Shown: positions 39,356 to 47,507 of the stretch, in pieces
Layout: each line of letters opens with the position of its first letter
Numbering within the stretch: the stretch's first letter is position 1
Source of the DNA: Acidimicrobiales bacterium
GTDB taxonomy: Bacteria; Actinomycetota; Acidimicrobiia; Acidimicrobiales; Salinilacustritrichaceae
Length of the DNA: 64,000 nucleotides
NCBI GenBank assembly: GCA_034522155.1
Contig: JAXHLP010000002.1
Coordinates: forward strand, 108,280 to 172,279
Direction of reading: 5' to 3'
Program-made: the position numbers and the translations under genes
The notes under the pieces: generated by a model
The model's database searches: none
What the model was told of the DNA's origin: nothing
The model's input: the letters and a program-made list of their open reading frames with translations, nothing else

Positions 39356-41349
39356 CGTGCCGGGACCTCGACCTCGGTGCCGGCGCTGTCGGTCACCACG
39401 GCGGGGGAGCAGGGTTCGGGGCCTCGCTCGATGCTCTCGGCCCCGTCGACCACCCCGATCGAGGTGACCTCGACGGGTTCGCTGAGGCTCCACTCGTCGA
39501 ACGCGAAGATCTCTCCGCTCCCGGGTCGGAGGAGCACGGGCGTGACGATCCCATCGCAGTCGGTGTCGGCGAAGCTGACGAGATCGCCGTCCTGGCCGAG
39601 CTCGATCTCCACGTCCCCGACGGTGGCGACCCGGCCGTCGAGGGTGATCTCGTCGGGGCAGCCGTCGTCGTTCGCGTCGGGACCGGGCAGCTCGACCGGT
39701 TGGCAATCCGGTGGCAGCGACGGCGGGGTCGGCAGGGGCGCGGCGTCGCCAGCCGTCGTGGTGGTCGTCTGCTCGGCGTCGTCGTCGGCCGCCGATGCGG
39801 TGCCGGCGCCGAAGGGGTCCACGGCTCGGGCGATGAGGGAGCCGGCGACCACGCCGACCACGAGGAGCACGGCTGCCACGAGCGCGACGACGCGTCGATT
39901 GGAGGGGGGCGGAGGATCGGGATCCTCCGTGCCGGTGCCGGTGCCGGTGCCGGGCCGGATCTCGATCGACAGCGGGTCGCGGGGCCCGTGGCTCGAGGAC
40001 GACCCCCGAGTCGTCGGACGGGGTGCCGACCGCTGGGTCTCGTCGTCGGCAACCTCGACCGTCGGTCCGCCGGCTCGCTCGCCTGGTTGCTCGGCGGTCT
40101 GCTCGGCAGTGTGCCCGGTGACGGGTTCGGTGGTCTCGTCGACGGCGGCCGATCGCCATTCGGTCCCCGCCGCTTCCAGGGCGGCACGCAGCGCCGCCAC
40201 GATCGGGTCGGGCCCACCAGCTGGCTGCGTCGCGCGTTCGCCGTGGTCGGCTTCGCCACCGAAGTCGAACCACGCAAGGGCGCGGTCACCGCGCTCGCCT
40301 GCGATCTGGCCGTGGTCCTGGTCGTGCTCCCGATCTTCGTCGTCCTCGGGGCCGCTGGCCTCGCCGGAACCGTCGTCAGCCCGATCGGGCTCGAGATCGC
40401 CCCAATCGATCGCGTCGTCGGACGTCGCATCATCGACCGCGGCGGAGTGCTCCTCGTCCCACCCATCCTCGGCTGGGGTCGCCCCGGGGACGGGATCCCG
40501 CTCGGGGTCGGGCTCGACGTCGGGGTCGGGCCCGGCGAGATCGGCCAGACGGGCGTACGGGTCGACACGCGCGGTGGGGTCGACGGCAGCGGTGTCGAAG
40601 TCCTCGTCGATGGCGAGCATCGACAGGTCGAGGTCACTCCACCCGACGTCGGCAGTGGGATCGATGTCGCGGGTGTCGTCGGCGTCGTCGTCGCCGGTGC
40701 CGGTCCTGCTGCCCGGAGGTGTCGGCAACGACAGGCCGGGGAGCGCATCGCCGATCGCCGTGGCGAACTGCCGGGCTGTCAGCCGTTGTCCCGCGGACTC
40801 CCGCTGGGCCCCGGCCGCGGCGGTGCGGAACGCCGCCAGGGAGCGTTTGCGTCGTGGTGCAGCCCGCACCCCGCGGTGGGCGGGGCTCCACAGCGCCTCG
40901 GCACTGTCGTCGAGCAGACGGTCGAGGAGCCTGCCCAGGGCGGCGACGTCGTCGGCCTGTTCGTCCTCGTCGCCCGGACCCGCCTCACCGAAGCCGCACA
41001 GGTGGGGGCGGCCCCGTTCGTTCACCACGACGTGGTCGGCGTCGATGCGCCGGTGCACGAGACCCTGCTGGTGCATCGAGTCGACGATGTCGGCGACGGC
41101 CCGGATGATGGCGGCGCCGTGATCGGGTGCGATGGCGCCGAGTCGGGCGAGGGGTGTGCCGCGGTGGCGCAGGCGCAGGGTCGACTCGGTGGTGCCGATC
41201 ACCTCGACGATGCCGGGATGGGTGGCGCGCCGCAGCACCTCGGCCTCGTGGGCCAGGCGGGCGCGACCGGCGTCGTCGTCGGCCACCTTCACGACCTCGA
41301 GGCCGGTGGCTCCCCGCTCGGTGCGGACCGCGATCACCATCGCCACCAC
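39352..41349 (-). CDS. membrane-anchored protein kinase-like protein, predicted catalytically inactive (pseudokinase)
   Basis: 665 aa. Kinase landmarks VVKV and EAEVL are present, but the catalytic loop reads HRRIDADH and DFG reads GFG, and there is no Gly-rich loop. It also has a long acidic linker, one TM helix and a Cys/Asp-rich ectodomain. Confidence 0.6.
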   Translation of the reverse strand: MVAMVIAVRTERGATGLEVVKVADDDAGRARLAHEAEVLRRATHPGIVEVIGTTESTLRLRHRGTPLARLGAIAPDHGAAIIRAVADIVDSMHQQGLVHRRIDADHVVVNERGRPHLCGFGEAGPGDEDEQADDVAALGRLLDRLLDDSAEALWSPAHRGVRAAPRRKRSLAAFRTAAAGAQRESAGQRLTARQFATAIGDALPGLSLPTPPGSRTGTGDDDADDTRDIDPTADVGWSDLDLSMLAIDEDFDTAAVDPTARVDPYARLADLAGPDPDVEPDPERDPVPGATPAEDGWDEEHSAAVDDATSDDAIDWGDLEPDRADDGSGEASGPEDDEDREHDQDHGQIAGERGDRALAWFDFGGEADHGERATQPAGGPDPIVAALRAALEAAGTEWRSAAVDETTEPVTGHTAEQTAEQPGERAGGPTVEVADDETQRSAPRPTTRGSSSSHGPRDPLSIEIRPGTGTGTGTEDPDPPPPSNRRVVALVAAVLLVVGVVAGSLIARAVDPFGAGTASAADDDAEQTTTTTAGDAAPLPTPPSLPPDCQPVELPGPDANDDGCPDEITLDGRVATVGDVEIELGQDGDLVSFADTDCDGIVTPVLLRPGSGEIFAFDEWSLSEPVEVTSIGVVDGAESIERGPEPCSPAVVTDSAGTEVEVPAR

Positions 41350-41404
41350 CGTAGCGAAGGTACATGAAATTCATCAAGAAGTAGTGTGCGTCGCTGCGAG
41401 GGTG

Positions 41405-41872
41405 TCACGGCCCGCGAGTCTCGCCGCTGGCGCGAGCCGTCATGCGGATGGGGTCGCCGGAATCGAGTCCGAACGCCTGGACGAAGAGGCGGTCGATGGT
41501 GATCTCGACGGTCACCGCCACGGCACCGGTCTCGTCGATGTCGACGTCGACGAGTTCGAGGTCGTCGATCCCGGCGGCGTCGACGGCCTGCATCGCGATG
41601 TCGCCGACTCGCGCCTCGTCGTAGACGATCCGCCCCTCCGTCCGGGCGATGCCCGCGTCGAATCCGGCGCCCGCGGCATCGTTCGCGGCGTCGAAGGCCA
41701 CGTTGTAGGCCTGACGCTGGCCGAGGTAGGCGATCGCCGAATCCACGGCGATCGCGCCGAGCAGGAGCACGATGAGCACCGCGGCCGGCATCAGCATCAG
41801 CACCGAACCCCGGGCCGAGCCTCGGACCGGACCCCGGGCTGGACGTCGTGCAGGGGGGCGCGGGCGGATCAT
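41405..41872 (-). CDS. TadE/TadG-like pilus assembly (pseudopilin-like) protein
   Basis: 155 aa. The N-terminus ARGSVLMLMPAAVLIVLLLGAIAVD is typical of the TadG-like N-terminal segment. Its start overlaps the upstream stop. Confidence 0.65.
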   Translation of the reverse strand: MIRPRPPARRPARGPVRGSARGSVLMLMPAAVLIVLLLGAIAVDSAIAYLGQRQAYNVAFDAANDAAGAGFDAGIARTEGRIVYDEARVGDIAMQAVDAAGIDDLELVDVDIDETGAVAVTVEITIDRLFVQAFGLDSGDPIRMTARASGETRGP

Positions 41873-42339
41873 CGGATGCAGTCGGCTCGGCCGCCGACGC
41901 CGGAGCGGGTCGGGTCGATCAGCTCGGAGTGGGTGGCCACCACGTCGAACGGTTCGCCGAAGCCGCCGACGAACGGGATGCGCACGGCCGGGATCTCGGT
42001 CGCGACACGGACCACGACGCGCCGGCAGCGGTCGAGGGAACCGTCCTCGGTCGACAAGGTGACGTCGAGCTCGGACGGCCGGCCATGGTCCTGCATCGTG
42101 TGGTTCGCCACCACGTTGGCCCGGGCGCGGATCGCGCCGGTGTCGGCGTCGGCCCGCGCCGATTCGACCACGTAGCGGGTGGCTTCCCGGGCTGCTGCGT
42201 CGGCCGCGAACTTCGTATCGACCACGGCCCAGATGTTGGTGAGCAGGAGCGCGCCGGCGATGAACACGAGGAGCCCGAAGGGCAGCACCTCGATGCCGGC
42301 GACCTGGCCCCGGTCGCCGTGCCCGACCGTGCGCATCAT
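41869..42339 (-). CDS. TadE-like protein
   Basis: ATG 42339 overlaps the upstream stop. It has an N-terminal hydrophobic helix (VLPFGLLVFIAGALLLTNIW). Confidence 0.6.
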   Translation of the reverse strand: MMRTVGHGDRGQVAGIEVLPFGLLVFIAGALLLTNIWAVVDTKFAADAAAREATRYVVESARADADTGAIRARANVVANHTMQDHGRPSELDVTLSTEDGSLDRCRRVVVRVATEIPAVRIPFVGGFGEPFDVVATHSELIDPTRSGVGGRADCIR

Positions 42340-42773
42340 CACGGTGCCTCCTGGAAGGTCTCGAGCCGGGCCCGCATCGTGCGCGAGAAGGACGTGGGCG
42401 ACGACGGAATCCAGCGCGCCGGCAGCAGGGTCGGGAGGTCGGCCTCGACCGCGACCGCGACCGTGTCGAGCGTGCCGTCGGCGTCGGTGTCGACGAGGGA
42501 GAAGTCGAACTCGGCGTGGTCGCCGTAGCCGCCCAGCCGGCGGCGAGCCTCGGCTTCGTAGAAGGCGCGCCGGTCGTCCTCCACCGCAGCGGGCCCCTCG
42601 TTCGCCGCGTCCTGCGCGAGGTCGCTGGCGACGGCCGTCACCGTGGTCCGGACGTAGAGCCCGAACAGCAGCTGCACGGTGAACAGCAGGATGATCAGGA
42701 AGACCGTGAATGCGAAGGAAGTGCCGAAGACACCCGTCGCTCGGTCGTCGCGACGGACGACCGTTCTCCTCAA
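42339..42773 (-). CDS. TadE-like protein
   Basis: TTG 42773 overlaps the pilin gene stop (TTGA). The N-terminus reads RRDDRATGVFGTSFAFTVFLIILLF. Confidence 0.5.
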   Translation of the reverse strand: MRRTVVRRDDRATGVFGTSFAFTVFLIILLFTVQLLFGLYVRTTVTAVASDLAQDAANEGPAAVEDDRRAFYEAEARRRLGGYGDHAEFDFSLVDTDADGTLDTVAVAVEADLPTLLPARWIPSSPTSFSRTMRARLETFQEAP

Positions 42774-42988
42774 CCGCCCTCCGAGGGCTGGCTCTCGGTG
42801 TCGGTGCCGATGATCTCGACCTGATCCTCGGTGTTCTCGGCGGTGTCCTTCCAGACCGCGTTGAACGTGACCCACATCGCGGCACCGATGAATGCCATCA
42901 CGAGGACCGCGATGGCCGTTGAGATCACGCCTTCGCCTCGGTCGGATCGAATGATTCGGCGGGATCGTCGGGTGGGGGATGGGTGCAT
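42770..42988 (-). CDS. putative Flp/Tad-type pilin (DUF4244-like), atypical
   Basis: 72 aa. ATG 42988 follows GAGGAGAGG. It has a basic leader, then DRGEG, then the hydrophobic helix VISTAIAVLVMAFIGAAMW. Confidence 0.5.
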   Translation of the reverse strand: MHPSPTRRSRRIIRSDRGEGVISTAIAVLVMAFIGAAMWVTFNAVWKDTAENTEDQVEIIGTDTESQPSEGG

Positions 42989-43013
42989 GGTTCCTCTCCT
43001 CTGGGAGTTGTGG

Positions 43014-43925
43014 TCAGGAGACGCCGAAGGCTCGCAGCGCCTCGATGAACGGGATGGCGATGAAGATGGCGCCGGGCACGAGCGCGGCGACGGTGACCGG
43101 GATCCAGACCTGCTGGCTCCGGCGCTCGATCTGCTCGATGAGCTCGCGCTGCACCTCGCGCCGGATCGAGCGGGCCTCCTCGGCGATGAGGCGACCGAGG
43201 TCACCGGCTTCGCGGTTGAGGGCGAGCACGGCGACCAGGCGTGAGAGCTCGTCGAGGTCGGCGGTGGCGGCCCATTCGCCCAGCGCATCGACCTCGCTCA
43301 TGCCCTGGCGGGTCCGGACGACGACGCGACGAAGATCCTGGCCGCTGGCACCCTGGCCCCGTCGCGCGAGGCGGGTCAGGGCGGAACCGAGCGAGAACCC
43401 CGCGGACAGCAGCATCCCGAGTTGCTCGGCCACGACGGGAAGCTCGAGGAACAGCCGGCGCTTGCGTCGTTCCGAGGTGGTGATCAGCTGCTGCTCGACC
43501 AGCAGGAACCCGAGCACCGGCCCGCCGAGGAGGAAGAGCAGTCCGATCAGCGAAGGCGGTCGCAGTGCGGCGACGGCGAGGATGCTCACCACGCCGCCGA
43601 CAGCTGCCCACCCGAGCTGGCGGATCCGGAAGTCGGTCTGGTCGAGGGGCGAGTGGACGCGCTCGAGTCGGGTGGCGAGCTCCTCGTTGACACCGACGAG
43701 CCGCGAGATCCGCTCGCCCACGGCGCGGGCGAGCGGCCCGACGACCTCGGCGAACGACTCGACCGACAGGATCCCGGGACCGGTGCTGGAGGACGCGAGG
43801 CCGCCCGGCTCGTAGGGCCGGAGCCGGTCGGTCAGTGACCGGCGTGCGAACCACCGACGCTGGCTCAGGGCGAGCGTGGCGCCCGTCCAGAAGACGAGTC
43901 CGGAGACGATGACGACCCGCATCAT
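43014..43925 (-). CDS. tadC: type II secretion system F-family protein TadC
   Basis: 303 aa. It has T2SS-F-like topology and sequence, and its start overlaps the tadB stop. Confidence 0.75.
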   Translation of the reverse strand: MMRVVIVSGLVFWTGATLALSQRRWFARRSLTDRLRPYEPGGLASSSTGPGILSVESFAEVVGPLARAVGERISRLVGVNEELATRLERVHSPLDQTDFRIRQLGWAAVGGVVSILAVAALRPPSLIGLLFLLGGPVLGFLLVEQQLITTSERRKRRLFLELPVVAEQLGMLLSAGFSLGSALTRLARRGQGASGQDLRRVVVRTRQGMSEVDALGEWAATADLDELSRLVAVLALNREAGDLGRLIAEEARSIRREVQRELIEQIERRSQQVWIPVTVAALVPGAIFIAIPFIEALRAFGVS

Positions 43926-44809
43926 TCGAAGAACACCCGCTCCTCCTCCGGGACCCGGAGGATCCGGCCGGCCCACGCCCAGCACGCGATCACGAGGAGG
44001 ACCGCGAGCAGGGTGAGGAGCTGGCCGTTCGCGGACCGGAACGCGTCGCGACCGTCGCCCACCGACATGCCGGCCACCGCCATGCCGAACGGCACGAAGA
44101 GCACGAAGCGTCGAGCGAAACGGGCGCCGGCCTGCTTGGCCCGGGCGTCCTTGCGACCCTGGGTGTCCTGGATGCGGTCCTCGGCCAGCGCTTCGAGCCG
44201 GTGGTCGAGGTCGCTGCCGCCCACGGTGTGCGCCACGAGGAGGGTCTCGCAGGTGGCGTCGGCGGTGGGGTCGGCCAACCCCGCCTTGAGGACCGTCAGG
44301 GTGCGGGCGAAGTCGGTCGAGATGAGCCACTCACGGTGTGCGGCGTCGAATGCCGGTCGCATCTCATCCGGCGCCCGCCGTCCGACCTCGAACAACGCCT
44401 GGGGAATCGACCGGCCGAGTGAGGCGGTGAGGATCCGGATCTCCTCGATCAGCCGGGGCCAGGCCTCCTGGCTGCGGGCCCGTCGGTTGGCCCGGCGTAC
44501 CCGGTAGGAGGCCAGCGGAAAGGTGGCGGCGAACAGCCCGATCGCGATCGCAGGGAGGATCGCGCCGAACACGGCGAAGATCGTCGCCGTGCCCAGCACG
44601 AACAACGCGGCCATCACCGCAGCGAACTCGCGGACCCGCACGTCGCCGAGCCCGGCCTGCACGAGCCACTGGTGTACGACCTCGGTTCGCTCCACGTGCC
44701 CACCCAGGCGGGGTGCGACACCCACGTGACGCCAGCCGAACGCCAGCGCCGTGTACACGTAGTACACGCCCGCAGCGGCGATCACGGCGAGGACGAGGGC
44801 GACCATCAC
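43922..44809 (-). CDS. tadB: type II secretion system F-family protein TadB
   Basis: 295 aa polytopic protein whose start overlaps the tadA stop. Confidence 0.75.
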   Translation of the reverse strand: MMVALVLAVIAAAGVYYVYTALAFGWRHVGVAPRLGGHVERTEVVHQWLVQAGLGDVRVREFAAVMAALFVLGTATIFAVFGAILPAIAIGLFAATFPLASYRVRRANRRARSQEAWPRLIEEIRILTASLGRSIPQALFEVGRRAPDEMRPAFDAAHREWLISTDFARTLTVLKAGLADPTADATCETLLVAHTVGGSDLDHRLEALAEDRIQDTQGRKDARAKQAGARFARRFVLFVPFGMAVAGMSVGDGRDAFRSANGQLLTLLAVLLVIACWAWAGRILRVPEEERVFFE

Positions 44810-46209
44810 ATCGCCGGTCCCTGCCGGCTGTGTGGACCGTGGACCTTCTCGTCGATCGCGTCCTGGAAGGATCGGGCGTCCGGGTCCTCAGCCCGCCGCG
44901 CCGGCACGGCCTGGTCGGGCACGCCCAGCAGGTGGTGGAGGTCGTAGCCGGCTTCCTCCAACGATCGGGCCGCTCGTGTGGGGAGCAGCCCGGTCCACAC
45001 GAGCGGTTGCCCGGCACGGGGACGTCGGAACAGGTCGACGACCGTGAACTGGGTCGACTCGAAGGCCGTCGCCTGGTCCTCCACCGCAAGGATCTCGGTG
45101 ACGACCGGTCCGTCGGCTTCACGCGCGCAGTGCACGACGATGTCGATCGATTCGGCCACCAAGCTGTTCAATGCCGCCATCGGTATCTCGCTCGACGTGT
45201 CGGCGAGTTGGCAGATGAAGCGCAGGCGCGACAGCGCTTGTCGGCACGACCCCGCGTGGATGGTGGTGAAGCCCTTCACCCCGGACGAGAGCGTGAGCAG
45301 CAGCGGGAGCGCTTCGCGGTCGCGCACCTCGCCGACGATGGCCACGTCGGGGGCCATGCGGAGGAAGCCGGCGACGAGGCGACGGAGATCGACCGCCGGC
45401 CGGTCGGCCCGGGCCGCCCGGGTCTGCATGCTCGCCACGTTGGGCAGCGGGACGTCGGCCTCGAAGACCTCCTCGGCCACCACGACCCGCAACGACGGAT
45501 CGAGCTCGGCGGCGGTGCAGGACATGATCGTCGTCTTGCCCGACCCGGGTGCACCGGCGAAGACGACCGTGAGCTTGGCCCGGGCGCACGCGCGGAGGAA
45601 CTCGGCCGCCTGCACCGTGAGCATGTCGCGGTCGACGAGCTGTTCGAGCTCGCGGAACGCGACGCCGGTGAACTTCCGGATGTTGACCATCAGGTGGCCG
45701 TCGCGGGAGACGTCGCCGTGGACGATGTGCAGGCGGGCGCCGTTGTCGAGCTGGGCGTCCTGCAGCCCCTCGGTGGGGTCGAGCTTGCGGTGCGCGCCCG
45801 AGGCGTCGTCGAGCACCTTCGTCAGGGTCCGGATGACGTGCTCGTCGTCGTGGAACACCTCGTCGTGGTAGCCGGACGTTCCCGTGTGGCGCTTCACGAA
45901 GATCGCGTCGGGCGCGTTGATCATGATCTCCCACACGTCGTCGTCGTCGAGGAGGCGTTCCAGTGGGCCGTAGCCGACGAGGTTGCGGTGGGCGCGGTCG
46001 ACCACCAGCTCCGGGTCGGCCAGGTCGTGGGCTCGCAGTCCGCGCCGGTAGTCGCCCGACCAGCGGGTCACCTCCTCGTCGATCAGCTCGCGCAGCCGCG
46101 TGCGCGCGGTGTCGTCGTCGAGATCGAGGCGGATCTCCTTGGCCCGCTCGAGGACCGTGCGCTCGACGAGCTGCAGCGGCGTGGCGTCGAGGTCGTCGGT
46201 GGTGCTCAA
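44806..46209 (-). CDS. tadA: CpaF/TadA family secretion ATPase
   Basis: 467 aa. It has Walker A GAPGSGKTT, Asp box/Walker B and His box regions, and the VirB11-like fold. Confidence 0.92.
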   Translation of the reverse strand: MSTTDDLDATPLQLVERTVLERAKEIRLDLDDDTARTRLRELIDEEVTRWSGDYRRGLRAHDLADPELVVDRAHRNLVGYGPLERLLDDDDVWEIMINAPDAIFVKRHTGTSGYHDEVFHDDEHVIRTLTKVLDDASGAHRKLDPTEGLQDAQLDNGARLHIVHGDVSRDGHLMVNIRKFTGVAFRELEQLVDRDMLTVQAAEFLRACARAKLTVVFAGAPGSGKTTIMSCTAAELDPSLRVVVAEEVFEADVPLPNVASMQTRAARADRPAVDLRRLVAGFLRMAPDVAIVGEVRDREALPLLLTLSSGVKGFTTIHAGSCRQALSRLRFICQLADTSSEIPMAALNSLVAESIDIVVHCAREADGPVVTEILAVEDQATAFESTQFTVVDLFRRPRAGQPLVWTGLLPTRAARSLEEAGYDLHHLLGVPDQAVPARRAEDPDARSFQDAIDEKVHGPHSRQGPAM

Positions 46210-47507
46210 CCGGCCACCTCCTCGTCCCAGTGCCCCAACGACCCGACCGCCACCGGGACCGGCTCGTCGATCGAGCGCGCCGTGTCGGGTCGCGTGACGG
46301 CATCGAGCCGGTCCCGCACCGCCGCGGTGAGCGGGTCGACGAGCGTGGCCGGGAGCCGGGCGCCGTCGCGGAGCAGGTCGTCGAGCTGGCGGCGCTCGGG
46401 CAGGAAGACCGGGCTCAGGATCGTCTCATCCGGATGGGACGCCACCAGCAGCTCCGTGATAGCCCGAGCGGTCTCGGCCCGCTGGGTCCCACGCCTGGCG
46501 GTTCGGTTCACGACGACCAGGAGGCGATCGGCGTCGACCCCGGCCGCCAGGCAGTCGCGCACCACCCGCAGCAGCGAGTGGACCCCCTTGGCGCCCGGTG
46601 TGCCGACCACGACCAACACGTCGGCCAGCCCGACCGTCGTGCGGGCCAGCAGGTTGCGGTCCTGCACGTCGGCGGATCCGGTGACGGTCTCGTCTTCGAG
46701 ATCGTCGTCGATGTCGGCGACCACGAGGGTGAAGGCCTGACGCAGGCCGTCGAGACCGGCGCGGAGCGCACGAGGGCGGAGCGCGGTCCAGTCGCGGTGC
46801 CGGCGCAGCCCGAGCAACAGGCGATAGCGACGTTCGACGATGTCGAAGGTCAGCGACCGCACGTCCTCGGGTACGGGCGTGCCGGATCGGTGGCTCTCGA
46901 CGAGCTCGAGCACGCCAGGGATCACATCGCGGGCGTCGTGGAGCATCGCCTGGTCGGCATGGAGCGCCAGATCGGCGAGCACCACGGTGTCGGCGTGGGT
47001 CACGTCGGCGGCGAAGCCCTGCGCGAGGGCGATGGCCGTGATCGACCGTCCGGTGCCGCCCGGCCCGGTGACCGCGATGGTCGGCGCGCGGTAGCCCGGT
47101 CCGGACTCGTCGCCCGCGGGCTGGCCGGGGAGGTCGTCGGCGAGGCCGATGGGCGCGGCGACGTCGGCCAGGACCGACTCGAGCGCGTGCAGGTCGAATC
47201 CCGACGGGAGCGTGGCCGTCGCGCCGACCATCGCCCAGTCGCGGTCGGTGTCGCTCACGACCACCACCGCACAGTCGTGCTCGCGGGCGTGGGCGAACAG
47301 GTCGCGATCGATCCCGGCCAGCCCGCCGTCGATGAGGAGGGCGGAGAACGGCCGGCCACTGTCGAGCCGGGCACGGACCTCCTCGACCGACACGGTCTTC
47401 ACGAAGTCCATCGCGATCGATCCCGAGGTGGCCCAACGAGCGACGTCGGTGAACCAGGGGGTCCGCACACGGGCGAGCCCCAGGGCGACGTATCGCTCGG
47501 AACGCAT
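46206..47507 (-). CDS. CpaE/Ssd-like ParA/MinD-family protein with degenerate P-loop
   Basis: 433 aa; ATG 47507 overlaps the cpaB stop. It has a receiver-like N-domain. The P-loop region reads IAVTGPGGTGRSITAIALA instead of KGGxGK[ST]. Confidence 0.75.
   Translation of the reverse strand: MRSERYVALGLARVRTPWFTDVARWATSGSIAMDFVKTVSVEEVRARLDSGRPFSALLIDGGLAGIDRDLFAHAREHDCAVVVVSDTDRDWAMVGATATLPSGFDLHALESVLADVAAPIGLADDLPGQPAGDESGPGYRAPTIAVTGPGGTGRSITAIALAQGFAADVTHADTVVLADLALHADQAMLHDARDVIPGVLELVESHRSGTPVPEDVRSLTFDIVERRYRLLLGLRRHRDWTALRPRALRAGLDGLRQAFTLVVADIDDDLEDETVTGSADVQDRNLLARTTVGLADVLVVVGTPGAKGVHSLLRVVRDCLAAGVDADRLLVVVNRTARRGTQRAETARAITELLVASHPDETILSPVFLPERRQLDDLLRDGARLPATLVDPLTAAVRDRLDAVTRPDTARSIDEPVPVAVGSLGHWDEEVAG

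Noticed and set aside
39352-41349. Calling this gene an active Ser/Thr protein kinase.
   Set aside because: The catalytic Asp (HRD), the catalytic-loop Lys/Asn, the DFG Asp and the Gly-rich loop are all absent when read by eye. It is therefore reported as a pseudokinase pending profile alignment.
38540-41367. 860-aa and 674-aa ORFs on the plus strand.
   Set aside because: Both are antisense to the LysM-like and pseudokinase genes. The products are low-complexity Gly/Arg/Ser-rich, the minus-strand frames carry the recognisable motifs and the operon-style overlaps, and no start context supports them.
44713-46740. 675-aa plus-strand ORF across the tadA region.
   Set aside because: It is antisense to the CpaF/TadA ATPase, whose Walker motifs leave no doubt about the coding strand.
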